Source: Candidatus Poribacteria bacterium
GTDB taxonomy: Bacteria; Poribacteria; WGA-4E; PCPOR2b
DNA length: 64,000 nucleotides
NCBI GenBank assembly: GCA_965208675.1
Contig: OZ242351.1
Location: forward strand, 1,952,001-2,016,000
Direction: 5' to 3'
Shown piece after piece: positions 1-9,923 of this stretch (positions are counted from its first letter, which is position 1; the number at the start of each line of letters is the position of its first letter). A program made the position numbers and the translations under genes. Under the pieces are notes generated by a model, which was not told where the DNA came from, searched no databases, and was given only the letters and a program-made list of their open reading frames with translations.

Positions 1-178
1 CTACAGACTGCGGTATGGCCGGTAGTCGTCGTGGATAGTTCGCCCGGATCACGGTAACTGCGTATGAGGATACCTGAAAATGAACATCGCGCGGCATTAA
101 ATTAGAACGGATTTAGGCGGCATTGTCAAGATAAAAGCAGGATTTACCTATAATCGTAATCGAGGGGCGCCGTGCATA

Positions 179-3100
179 CTACCTTCGTTTTTCGACTACG
201 TAGTAAAGCACTGGTAGGACGAGCAGCGTCAAGAGCGTTGCGGTTATCATGCCGCCGCTGATGACGATTGCGAGCGGCTTCTGAAGTTCTGCGCCTGAAC
301 CGTGGGCAAGTGCGAGCGGCAGCATGCCTAGCCCTGTAGTCAAGGCTGTCATCAACACTGGGCTGATGCGTTCTTCGGCGCCTTTCAACACGGCGTCGTA
401 CAGTGAGATGCCTTCCGCACGAAGGCTGTTGATGTGCGTCACCAATATAATGCCATTTCGCACAGCGATGCCGAACAGGAGTATGAAGCCCACCATAGAT
501 GGAATACTCAACACGCCGCCAGTGAGAAAAACGCTGATGACGCCGCCGATTAACGCGAGCGGCAGGTTCAGCATCACCAACAATGAAAGCCGCATTGAAC
601 CCGTTGCAAGATACAACAGGATACAGATGCCGACGAGGACAAAGCCGGTTTGAACCAGAATCCGTTTTTGCGCCGCTTGTTGGCTTTCAAACTGTCCGCC
701 GTAGGTGAGGAAATATGCTTCGGGCAGGACAACATTTTCGGTTATCTCACGTTGAACTTGAGCAATAAAGTTGCCTAAATCTCGATTTTGGACGTTGCAC
801 TGAATCACAATCCGCCGAGATACGTTTTCTCGGTTGATGGTATTCGGCCCGAACCCGTAGCCGACATCGGCAACCTGTTTTAACTGAACGAAAGTTCCGG
901 CAGGCGTTCTTAGTTTTAAGTCTCCGACAGATTCAATAGTGTTGACAAGCGTGGGGTCAATTCGAATCACGAGCGCGTACTGCCGTTGCCCTTGAATGAC
1001 TTGACTCACCGCTTCGCCTTTGAACGCTGTCTCTGCGAAATGCGTCACATCTTCGACGCTTAAGCCGTAGCGAGCTGCTTCACGCCGCTTGACCTTGATT
1101 TGGAGTTGCTCGACTTGCGCCTGTTGCTCCACCCACAGGTCCACCACGCCGGGAATTTCCGCGATAACGGCTCGAATCTCTTCGGCTTTCTGTCTGAGTG
1201 TGTTTAGATTTGGCCCAAACAGTTTCAACGCTACTTGTGCGTTTACACCCGACAGGAGGTGGTCAAGGCGATGCTGAATGGGTTGACCTATGGAGACGTG
1301 CACACCGGGGAAATTTTCCGCGGATAGCAAAGAACGCACTTCGGCAAGTAGTTCCTCACGTGTTTTATCACGCTCATCCGGTGGAATGAAATTCACTACG
1401 ATTTCGTGGGTATCCACGCTGTGGGCATGTTCGTCCGTTTCCGCCCGCCCGGTACGGCTGCTGACGCTTGTCACTTCTGGCAGCGTCAGGAGTCTGGATT
1501 CCATCTCACGACCGATGCGCGTGGATTCTCCCAACGAAGTTCCCGGCGGCGAGTGGACGGCTACAGAAAAGGTTGCTTCATCCATAACCGGAAGAAATTC
1601 GCGGCCCAAGCGGGGTATCGACATTATAGTCAAGGTAATCATCAACAACGCCAACGCAACAACAAGCCACCGCAGCTTCATGACGCAAGAGAGAACTGGC
1701 CGATATGCCCGTTTAATCCATCCAACCACGGGACTTTCTTTCGCAGCCGGAATTCCCGATTGCAATTCATTTTGCGAACGCTGTCTTCGGACACTTGTCA
1801 AGAGCAGGTCACTTAGTACGGGAACCACGGTTAGCGCGACGAGCAGCGATGCCGCCATTGAAATGACCACCGCCCAACCAAGTGGGCGGAACATACTACC
1901 CTCCATACCGCTCAAGTTGAACAGCGGTACGAAAACGAGGATGATGATCAGCGTCGCAAACACAATAGATGACCGAATCTCATCACTTGCGCGTGTTACG
2001 ACCTGCGTCGGTGTCTCGCCGTTTGCTTCGTCCCCGCCGCGGCGCCGGAAATGCTCCTGCAATCGGCGGTAGATGTTTTCGACGTAGACTATGGCGTCGT
2101 CAACAACCATACCAACGGCGATCGCCAAGCCAGCGAGCGTCATGATATTGAGCGTACCACCCTGCGAAATCAGGGCAATGACAGCTATGATTAGAGAGAG
2201 CGGAATGGCTGTCAGTGTAATTAAGGCGGTGCGAATGTTGAATAGAAAGATAGCCAAGATTATAACGACGAGAATTGCGCCGTCACGCAACGCATCTTTA
2301 ACAGTATCTACGGCGCGCCGTATCAGATCGGCTTGCGCATACTCGATTTTAACCTCAATGCCTTCCGGCAGCGACCTTTCCAGCGATTTTAGGACGGAAA
2401 CAACTTTGTCGTTTAGGCTTAAAGTATTGATCCCCGGTTGCTTAACCACCTTGCCCAAAACCGTCTCTTTCGCATTGCGGCTCCCTGCGCCGCGGCGTAT
2501 TTCTGGCAGTTCGCCTATCTTCACCCTCCCGATATCTTTGACCAGAATCGGCGTGCTGTGCCCCCGCACATCAATGACGACATTCTCAATGTCGGCAATT
2601 GTAGAGATACGGCCCAACCCGCGAATCATCAACTCGCGCGTATCCTTGATGAGAAATCCGCCCGCTGAATTTTCGTTGCTTTTCGCAAGGGCATCTGCAA
2701 CATCTTCCAGCGAAAGATTATAGTTTATCAACTGGGCAGGACTAACGAAGACTTGGTATTGCTTAACGTAGCCGCCGATGTTAATTACATTTGCGATACC
2801 GCCCTGGGACTGGAGTTGATAGCGGATGACCCAATCTGCGAGATCCCGCATTTCCATTTCGTCAAATTCCCCGGTTGCATCAACGACCGCGTACTCTAAA
2901 ATTTCGCCCAAAAGGGAGGAAGTCGGCAAGATAATCGGCGCATCCACGCCGTGAGGTAGATTCGGGGCAACGAGTTGAAGCCGCTCGGAGACCATTTGCC
3001 GCGCCAGAAAAATATCCATTCCCCAATCAAATTCAACGAATACCAGCGATAGGCCAACGGCGGAGGAAGACCGAACCCGCGAGACATACGGTGCACCGTT

Positions 3101-3319
3101 CATCGCACTTTCGATTGGCAACGTGACTAAGGTTTCCATCTCCTCAGGAGACCAGCCGTGCGCCTCGGTAAGAATAGTAATGCGGGGCGGATTGATGTCG
3201 GGATAGACATCAATCGGCGCCGAACGGAATACCCGAAAGCCGATGACAACTATCACAATGGTACACGCGATTGTTAGGAGTCTGTTTCTGAGCGAAATTT
3301 CCGTGATTTTCGACCACAT
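179..3319 (-). CDS. czcA: CusA/CzcA family heavy-metal RND efflux permease
   Basis: 1046 aa; PIDVYPDINPP N-terminus, GMVVDDAIVYVENI, RISPVLMTALTTGLGMLPLAL; two TM blocks typical of HME-RND. Confidence 0.95.
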   Translation of the reverse strand: MWSKITEISLRNRLLTIACTIVIVVIGFRVFRSAPIDVYPDINPPRITILTEAHGWSPEEMETLVTLPIESAMNGAPYVSRVRSSSAVGLSLVFVEFDWGMDIFLARQMVSERLQLVAPNLPHGVDAPIILPTSSLLGEILEYAVVDATGEFDEMEMRDLADWVIRYQLQSQGGIANVINIGGYVKQYQVFVSPAQLINYNLSLEDVADALAKSNENSAGGFLIKDTRELMIRGLGRISTIADIENVVIDVRGHSTPILVKDIGRVKIGELPEIRRGAGSRNAKETVLGKVVKQPGINTLSLNDKVVSVLKSLERSLPEGIEVKIEYAQADLIRRAVDTVKDALRDGAILVVIILAIFLFNIRTALITLTAIPLSLIIAVIALISQGGTLNIMTLAGLAIAVGMVVDDAIVYVENIYRRLQEHFRRRGGDEANGETPTQVVTRASDEIRSSIVFATLIIILVFVPLFNLSGMEGSMFRPLGWAVVISMAASLLVALTVVPVLSDLLLTSVRRQRSQNELQSGIPAAKESPVVGWIKRAYRPVLSCVMKLRWLVVALALLMITLTIMSIPRLGREFLPVMDEATFSVAVHSPPGTSLGESTRIGREMESRLLTLPEVTSVSSRTGRAETDEHAHSVDTHEIVVNFIPPDERDKTREELLAEVRSLLSAENFPGVHVSIGQPIQHRLDHLLSGVNAQVALKLFGPNLNTLRQKAEEIRAVIAEIPGVVDLWVEQQAQVEQLQIKVKRREAARYGLSVEDVTHFAETAFKGEAVSQVIQGQRQYALVIRIDPTLVNTIESVGDLKLRTPAGTFVQLKQVADVGYGFGPNTINRENVSRRIVIQCNVQNRDLGNFIAQVQREITENVVLPEAYFLTYGGQFESQQAAQKRILVQTGFVLVGICILLYLATGSMRLSLLVMLNLPLALIGGVISVFLTGGVLSIPSMVGFILLFGIAVRNGIILVTHINSLRAEGISLYDAVLKGAEERISPVLMTALTTGLGMLPLALAHGSGAELQKPLAIVISGGMITATLLTLLVLPVLYYVVEKRR

Positions 3320-3340
3320 TTATTTGCCTCCTTGGTGCAC

Positions 3341-5368
3341 CTAATGAGAGTGCCCCGCGTGCGAATGACCGCCTTCGGTAACCTTTACGTTTGCGCGTAA
3401 CAACTGGTGCTTTCCGTGAGTTACCACGCGCTCGCCCGCGGACAGACCGTCCTTTATCTCAATATACCGGTCATCGGCGGCACCTGCCGCGATTTCACGC
3501 TTCGTGTAGGTGGATCCGTGTTCGACGAAAACAAACCGGCTCCCAGCCTCTTCAATCACCGCATTCAGCGGAACGCTCAAAACCGGCGCCGCTTTTTCGA
3601 GGACGATTGTCTGTTCTGCGAACATCCCCGGTTTGAGCTGACGGGCAGGATTTTCCACCTCCGCCCAAAATTGGACGGTGCGTTTTTCGGGGTGCATTTC
3701 ATCTGAAATGTGGGAGATTTTACCGGTGAAAGCCGTACCGGGATACGCCGGTACGCGAATGCGTACCAATCTGCCCGTCTGGGAATTTTCGTGAATGACT
3801 GCGAGCGCGCTTTCATACGCCTCACCTTCAACCCAGACGATGTCGGTGTCCAGTATTGAGAAGAGTATATCACTTTTTTCAACCGTGGCGCCGAGTGTCA
3901 CGTGTTGGTTGACGATTTGCCCGGAAGCCGGTGCCTTGACGTTGAAAGTTGGTGATGGCTGACCGGTTTGCGCAATTTTTTGAATTTCGGCGGGTGTGAG
4001 TCCGGACACTCGAAGTTTTTGCCGAATTTTGTTCAAAGTGATTACAGCACTGCGTAGTTCATCTTCAATGTTAAGCATACCTTCCAATGCTTCCGAACTG
4101 GCCACGAAGGCGAGGTAAATTTCAATTAGTTCTTCGGCGGATTGTTCGTTGAACGATATTATTGAACCGGTCTCAGTCAAGGTATTGAGCAATGTTTCAC
4201 TCAAACCTGCAGCAAGTGCGCGCTGTTTGTTTGCCGCGACCTTGATAGCCGCGATTTTATACGCCGCGACTGCATCTACCAACTCCGTCCCTTCCTCACT
4301 GAGCATAGCGAATTTTTCCAGCAAGGACTCGTCATTACTCTTCACTGTCAAATCTGAGTCTAATGTTTCTAAATTTAGCAGCGAAAGGATTGGGGTTTCT
4401 CCTCCATCAAGTAGGATTTTTTCCAACTTCTGCCCGCTGAATCCGAGGATTTGGAATTGCTGCTTCGCTTCTGCCAGTTCAATTTTCCCCTTCCGGTATT
4501 CTGCCTTCTGCGCCACCAAGTCCTTTTGCGCGGAGATACGCTTTTCCGTTAGGGTTTCTGTCCTCCTGAGTGTAGCCTCTAGCAAACTGAGTTCAATGTA
4601 TGCTTTGACTAATCTGAAACGCATCTGTTCCAACACGGCGGTGGTCTTCGCTACTGCAAGAACATGTCGTTTTTCAACTGCAGTTTTGATCTGTTTCAAC
4701 TCGGATATCGATTCCAAGTAGTCAATTTGCCGAGTTTGCAATTCGCGCCGAATTTGCTTGGCGAAAACTTCCGTCAATCTCCCTAATTCATCGACCAAAG
4801 ATTTCTGTTGAGTCTCCGCTTCAATTAGGTCAATCTGCACCATCTGCAGGTCAAGGCTTTCTAATTCAACTAATACATCCCCCTTCTTTAGTGAGTCACC
4901 GAGACTAAAATGGATGCGCTTTACAATCCCGCCGATTCTTGGTGTGATAACGCTCCGCCTACCGGGGTGAGCGATTACATTGCCGGAAACCTGTACACCC
5001 TTCTGAATTGAGCGAACTTCGGCTTCGGCAGTCTTCAAACCGATATTGGCTTTCGCTTTTTCGGTGAGAGTTACCGTGTTTTCTTGGCTGTGCGCATGAT
5101 CTGCGTGTTCGCTGTGAGGGTGTCCATGCGTGTGAGTGGCATGTTCATCGTGGGAGTGGCCATGATCGTTTTCTGCATGTGAGTGATTCACTTGCTCGCC
5201 GTGCGAGTGTGCATGATTTGACGTGTTATGCGTGTGATTCCCACTTCCCTCATGGACACCTTCACCTTGCGCCCAAATGAATGTCCTAGCGGCATTAAAT
5301 GAAACCAAACATCCTGTCACGATACCAGTGATTGCCACAATTCGTGCGAGACGAGAGCTACGCAGCAT
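3341..5368 (-). CDS. czcB: RND periplasmic adaptor (CzcB/CusB family) with His-rich N-terminus and greatly extended helical hairpin
   Basis: Lipoyl halves (ITPRIGGIVKRI..GD, VKAPASGQI), LKPGMFA, His-rich N and C tails; lies between TolC and CzcA genes. Confidence 0.9.
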   Translation of the reverse strand: MLRSSRLARIVAITGIVTGCLVSFNAARTFIWAQGEGVHEGSGNHTHNTSNHAHSHGEQVNHSHAENDHGHSHDEHATHTHGHPHSEHADHAHSQENTVTLTEKAKANIGLKTAEAEVRSIQKGVQVSGNVIAHPGRRSVITPRIGGIVKRIHFSLGDSLKKGDVLVELESLDLQMVQIDLIEAETQQKSLVDELGRLTEVFAKQIRRELQTRQIDYLESISELKQIKTAVEKRHVLAVAKTTAVLEQMRFRLVKAYIELSLLEATLRRTETLTEKRISAQKDLVAQKAEYRKGKIELAEAKQQFQILGFSGQKLEKILLDGGETPILSLLNLETLDSDLTVKSNDESLLEKFAMLSEEGTELVDAVAAYKIAAIKVAANKQRALAAGLSETLLNTLTETGSIISFNEQSAEELIEIYLAFVASSEALEGMLNIEDELRSAVITLNKIRQKLRVSGLTPAEIQKIAQTGQPSPTFNVKAPASGQIVNQHVTLGATVEKSDILFSILDTDIVWVEGEAYESALAVIHENSQTGRLVRIRVPAYPGTAFTGKISHISDEMHPEKRTVQFWAEVENPARQLKPGMFAEQTIVLEKAAPVLSVPLNAVIEEAGSRFVFVEHGSTYTKREIAAGAADDRYIEIKDGLSAGERVVTHGKHQLLRANVKVTEGGHSHAGHSH

Positions 5369-5453
5369 TTACTTTCTCCTTGTCCTTTTTGGATAAAAAA
5401 ACCTTCAATATTGGTTCACAAGATGAACGGCGGCCGGCACACTCTGTATTCTG

Positions 5454-6734
5454 TCAGCCTCCTATGCTGTTCGACTGTTGAAAAATTTCTACGGAAGTTC
5501 CGATTGCGGCTTCAAGCTCTATCAACGCCTTGTGGAACGCCGCCAGCGCGTCCAGGTGCGCGAACCTAATCTTGATAAACTCATTCTGCATGAGTATAAC
5601 CTCTAAAATCCCGGCTTGACCTAATTCGTACGCTGTGCGCGTCAGTTCAAGGTTTTCATTTAGCAATTTCAGCAAATCGCCCTCGTAGAATTTGAGATTT
5701 TTTTGCGCAGCCTTCAGTGAAATGAACGCCCCCATCACCTCGCGGGTAATTTGCCGTTCTTTGTTGCTAATTTCAACGGTGTTGACTCCCTGTTCGGCTT
5801 TTGCAACATTAATCCCAACACGATTTCGGTCAAAAACCGGCAATGGAAATGAAAACTTTACACCGAATGCCCGCTCATCTGGGCTACGTTGTGCTATACC
5901 GGCTATACTCAGGTCTGGAATGTTCTCAGATTTTGCCAGCCGAAGTTCCCTGTCAGTCAACTGCGCGTCTAATCGCAGCGACGTTAGGTCTCGTCGATTT
6001 GCCAGAGCGCGAGTCGTTAATGCGTCGAGTGTCAGGGTTTGAAGCTGGTTCACCGGCATGTTTTCTGACAAACTCCCGACTGCGATAGGTGCTGCTTCAA
6101 GCGCGGCGCCCATCAGATTGTTGATTTCAAGTTGTGCGCGCTGCAATTCACCATCTAGTGCGGCCGCGCCGCGCAGCGCCGCTTGCAATTGAACCCTCGC
6201 CAGATTTAGCTGCGTTGCCGAAATATCTCCTGTTTCAAATTGAACCGTAGCGATGTTACGCATGTGTTCGTAGTGCTGAATGACTGCTTCGGTCAGTTTT
6301 AGTTTCTCTTGGACAAGCGCTAAATCGTAAAAACCGAGTTTCACCGACGTAGTGAGCAACCGGGATGCATCTGCGAGCTCAGCATTCACCTTTTCAAGTA
6401 AAATTTTTGCGATTCGTTTCCGGTGTCCGCGCTGCCCTCCGAGTTCAAAAGGTTTTGATAGTTCAAGTCGCTGCTCACCATCTATCCCCCCAACAAACTC
6501 GGTTTCTAGTTCAGGGTTACCAAGCAACGCTATGCCATCAATTCGGGCGCGTGCGACTTTGAGTTTTTCGCGTATCGCGCTAAGTTCCGGGTTGTCACGC
6601 ACCGCCGTCTGGATTGCAGTGTCAAGCGAAATTTTGCCTTCCCCCTCCGAAAAGGCAGTTGGAATTTTCACGGTGCTTAATAAGAATAGGTACATGCTCA
6701 CCATTATGAGAATGCGGCAAGGTGTGGTTTTCAT
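5454..6734 (-). CDS. czcC: TolC/CzcC family outer-membrane efflux protein
   Basis: Signal peptide, ISLDTAIQTAVRDNPEL, FPLPVFDRN, AYELGQAGILEV motifs; RBS GGAGGAG. Confidence 0.9.
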   Translation of the reverse strand: MKTTPCRILIMVSMYLFLLSTVKIPTAFSEGEGKISLDTAIQTAVRDNPELSAIREKLKVARARIDGIALLGNPELETEFVGGIDGEQRLELSKPFELGGQRGHRKRIAKILLEKVNAELADASRLLTTSVKLGFYDLALVQEKLKLTEAVIQHYEHMRNIATVQFETGDISATQLNLARVQLQAALRGAAALDGELQRAQLEINNLMGAALEAAPIAVGSLSENMPVNQLQTLTLDALTTRALANRRDLTSLRLDAQLTDRELRLAKSENIPDLSIAGIAQRSPDERAFGVKFSFPLPVFDRNRVGINVAKAEQGVNTVEISNKERQITREVMGAFISLKAAQKNLKFYEGDLLKLLNENLELTRTAYELGQAGILEVILMQNEFIKIRFAHLDALAAFHKALIELEAAIGTSVEIFQQSNSIGG

Positions 6735-6951
6735 ACGTGATGTTCTCCTCCAAGTGGAATGGACAGATAGACCTATATTTTATTCCGTACGTTTGGGGCT
6801 GTCAACCGCCGCGGGATTCTACTGAACGCCGCTGTTGCGCATACATATAGAACGACGCACGGTTGAAAAAGGCTCATCAAGGCAGCCCACCGCACAATTT
6901 GTGATTAAGCCAGAAGCGATGAAACCGGCGTGTAGATTTTATGAACTAAGT

Positions 6952-7397
6952 TCAAATAAGGAGGGTTGTAGTACGAAGGGATACTAGTGTTGAATTGATT
7001 AACGCCGGGGCGCAGAAAGGCGGCGCGCAGATTGGAATAGTAGGGAAAGGCAGTTGAGATGCCGTTAGACCGACAGCGGAAACCGCGTGGAGAGATTGCA
7101 TGTCTTTGGCGGGAATGACATATGGTTGTTTGTCTAAGGGGAAAAGATGGCGAGATTGACACATGAATCACAGTGGTACGTTTCCGATGCCGCTTCAGCA
7201 TGCATAACATCTTCTTCCGAGTCAAAAGGGTGGTTGTCGGTACACCGCCCGTTAGCACCCACTTCAAGTTCGACGTGACCGTCCGAACCGACACAAAGCA
7301 CGTAGTTGGACAGCGACAACCGTGTAGCAACGATATAAAGCAGCAACCAAATCAAGGGGATAGCGACGCGCTTCTTTGACACCGCTTGAGATTCCAT
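6952..7397 (-). pseudogene. Small His/Cys leader-type protein upstream of czcCBA, split by a 1-nt frameshift at about 7137-7145
   Basis: ORF 7134-7397 (TM, LCVGSDGHVELE, HCDSC) stops at TTT TCC CCT TAG; the -1 frame continues LDKQPY...LVSLRTTTLLI to 6952. Confidence 0.6.
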
Positions 7398-7486
7398 TCT
7401 AGTTGTCTCGGGAATTGGCTGAAGTTACTGTGAGACTCATTTTGACAGCGGTTGTTGGATGCGCTGCTGCTCGCGAAACTCGCTTC

Positions 7487-8150
7487 TATTTTGTATTGCG
7501 CTGATGGTTCAGCGTTCGCCGTTTCATATACTACTCGACGTTGTTGTAAATTATACTCTTGTCAGTAACGAGCGTTGAGATTTTACAATTAATATGACTT
7601 GAGACCCAATCTTTATAACCTATGAATGACGGTTTATCAAAGATTTTAGCTAAGACCTTACCGCCTCTTTGTAGCAAACCCACCACTGAAACTTTAACAT
7701 CAGTCCACCTATTCTTCTTTTTCCATTTTGCCCGCCTACCTATATATGCTTCATCAGCTTCATTGATGCCAGATAGGACATGGTCATTCTCGTCTATAGC
7801 TTTTCTGATTTTCATCATCATACTCAAGCAAGTCTTCTGGCTCATATGTAGGTGTTCAGCCATTTGACAGCTAGAGATTCATTTTTTAGCATTAATCATT
7901 AGAGCTATTGCGAGAAACCAATTAGGCAGGGGTACTTTCGTACCATGAAAAATAGTTTTGGAAGTCGTAGATAATGATGAGTTGCAATGGTAGCAATTCC
8001 AAAGTGGAGAAATAATATGACGATATTTTCTACCAACTTTTAGCGAGCCACAATGAGGGCAACAAAATATTTTGGGAAACCGTTTTTTTTCAATGAATTT
8101 AAGGCAGGCTTCCTCAGTATAAAATTTTTGCTAACATTGAATAAATCCAT
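7487..8150 (-). mobile_element. Decayed IS1595-family transposase (pseudogene)
   Basis: Manual translation: Zn ribbon CPHCGS..WNCYHC, TIFHGTKVPLPNWFLAI, NAKK*ISS (TGA 7879-7881), EADEAYIG, LVTD, then TAG and LNHQ; frameshift near start; C-terminal catalytic part missing; low GC. Confidence 0.85.
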
Positions 8151-8280
8151 AGTAAAAGTCCCGAAAGTATTACTATAGATATTTACGTTTGAGCGAACGT
8201 TACCATTGTGAAAGGAAAACTAACAAAATTAACTCAACAAGAGATTTCGTTTAAGATATGACAAAATTGGTGGGAAGCAT

Positions 8281-8538
8281 TTATTCTGAAGGAACATTCC
8301 ACCATTCAGTTTGGTTTATGCCATGATGCTCATAAAGATGCCGATTAAACTGAATATTCAACGTGTTAATTTGGGCTTCAATATTCTTGGTAAATTTAAC
8401 AGGCTTAATAACCCAATTCCACATTATATTGATTATAGTTAATGCACCGACTACAATCAGAATTAAATCCTTAGTGTCCCCTAATTCCACGCGATAAATC
8501 CTCTCGTTTAATATCTTCGGGTCGTCGGGTAATACCAA
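8281..8538 (-). CDS. Hypothetical membrane protein (possibly 3' half of a frameshifted gene with 8471-8695)
   Basis: ORF with one TM segment in an AT-rich insert; overlaps the upstream ORF by 68 nt. Confidence 0.4.
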   Translation of the reverse strand: MVLPDDPKILNERIYRVELGDTKDLILIVVGALTIINIMWNWVIKPVKFTKNIEAQINTLNIQFNRHLYEHHGINQTEWWNVPSE

Positions 8539-8695
8539 CCATAATTTCGTCAGGAAGAAATCTAAAGGTGAAACCTTCTACCCTACCATATTGAACTTTG
8601 CTCTTATCACAGATTCCATTAGAATTAAGAGCCTCAATTACATAACGCTTTGAAGCAGTTTTTCTAACCATGATTTTACGGTTTGATTTAGCCAT
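8471..8695 (-). CDS. Small hypothetical protein
   Basis: GGGAGGT RBS before ATG at 8695 (MAKSNRK). Confidence 0.45.
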   Translation of the reverse strand: MAKSNRKIMVRKTASKRYVIEALNSNGICDKSKVQYGRVEGFTFRFLPDEIMVGITRRPEDIKREDLSRGIRGH

Positions 8696-8712
8696 TGTAA
8701 CCCACCTCCCCG

Positions 8713-8904
8713 CTACCTTAAACCAAACCATATCTGCCAAACATTATCGTCTTCAAGTTTGAAAGATATTTCGCGAACTTCGCTAATGGTAGCTTTCTTT
8801 GAATCGCTTATCATCAAATCCTCGTCACCGTGTAATTCGGCAATAAACTTTTCGCCGTCTCTATACACAACAAACTTTAGCGAGCGTTCAGGCTTTTCAT
8901 TCAT
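8713..8904 (-). CDS. Small hypothetical protein, weak HicB-like N-terminus
   Basis: Strong AGGAGG RBS; FVVYRDGEKFIAEL pattern; upstream promoter-like sequence. Confidence 0.55.
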   Translation of the reverse strand: MNEKPERSLKFVVYRDGEKFIAELHGDEDLMISDSKKATISEVREISFKLEDDNVWQIWFGLR

Positions 8905-8933
8905 GGCAACCTCCTTATTGAATAGGTGCGTAT

Positions 8934-8963
8934 ATAATACACTATTTTACACATTTAAGTCAA
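8934..8963 (-). promoter_or_regulatory. Sigma70-like promoter TTGACT-18-TATTAT for the 8904 ORF
   Basis: Near-consensus hexamers on the minus strand, 30 nt upstream of the ATG. Confidence 0.45.
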
Positions 8964-9338
8964 GAGTTTACAACTGTAAACCCAATTTTGTTAGCAGTTT
9001 ACAACGTAGAGTATCATTGTCATGAGTAAATCCCCCCTGTAGTTTACCACTGCAAAGGTATTGCCTCAAGTTTACAATTATCAATATAATTCAAGAATTC
9101 ATTGAACATTCTAAAGTTAAATGCTCAGAGTTAAAGCTAGGAATTACTGATCGCCAGAAAAACTGGTGCAAGTTGCACAGCAACTGCGGTTTGCTTTTGG
9201 CTGTTGAAGCGTTCTTTACCTCGAACAACACGGATACGTTATGAAAGCGGTGGCAAAGAAACACAAGTGAATCTGAGATTTAATGATTGCCGAGAAAATC
9301 TTCTTAACCCTCGCATTTCTCGATTGAGGAACTGTGTG

Positions 9339-9923
9339 TCAGGGTTTCCAATCAATGTGATCATTGACATTGTATTCCTCGAAGCCTTCAAGAATGTAAC
9401 GACAGAATTCCTCGGTTTCACGATCGCCTTCGGTTTTTGCAAGTTCATACAGCCGAATGAACATTTTCTTACCTGTTTCAGTCTGCTTGTAATTTTTCTT
9501 ACGGAAATTATGAGTTGCACAAAGGGTTTGACCGTTCTCGATAGTTGCTCCGCCACCTAAGTCTTTCGGCTTGATATGGTCCGCATGGATTTCGACGCCA
9601 TCGAGTCGTCCTTTCCCGCATATCACACAGCGGTAGTTGTCTCGCTTTAAAATCTGCTCTTTTTGTGCGGCTGTGAAATCTTCTAATTCAGGGTTAGTAA
9701 CTAGTTCGGGATCGTATTTATAAACACCCTTCCGAAGTTTTACCAGTTTCCCTTCTTGAGACAATTTTCTGATTGCCCTATCGGGATCTCTAAAAGTTTT
9801 ACCTGTCCTATTTGGGTATTCGCTGGTTAACCAGTCCACGACTTCCGGATGCGCAATAGGACGATTCGGATTCTTCACAAAATACTCCATCACTAGGTCA
9901 GCTTGAGTAATCGTTTTTGTCAT
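9339..9923 (-). CDS. HNH endonuclease with N-terminal wHTH-like domain; putative restriction enzyme
   Basis: CVICG...HADHIKPKDLGG..IENGQTLCATHN; ATGA overlap with the MTase gene. Confidence 0.85.
   Translation of the reverse strand: MTKTITQADLVMEYFVKNPNRPIAHPEVVDWLTSEYPNRTGKTFRDPDRAIRKLSQEGKLVKLRKGVYKYDPELVTNPELEDFTAAQKEQILKRDNYRCVICGKGRLDGVEIHADHIKPKDLGGGATIENGQTLCATHNFRKKNYKQTETGKKMFIRLYELAKTEGDRETEEFCRYILEGFEEYNVNDHIDWKP

Noticed and set aside
1-178. Possible gene or RNA at the window edge
   Set aside because: No convincing open frame or RNA motif
6735-6950. NiCo riboswitch upstream of czcC
   Set aside because: Inverted repeats are present but I could not match the NiCo consensus; needs an Infernal/Rfam scan
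7879-7881. TGA at a conserved Gly (KKGISS), suggesting genetic code 25
   Set aside because: The same gene also has a frameshift and a TAG, and many genes in the window end in TGA; simple decay explains it
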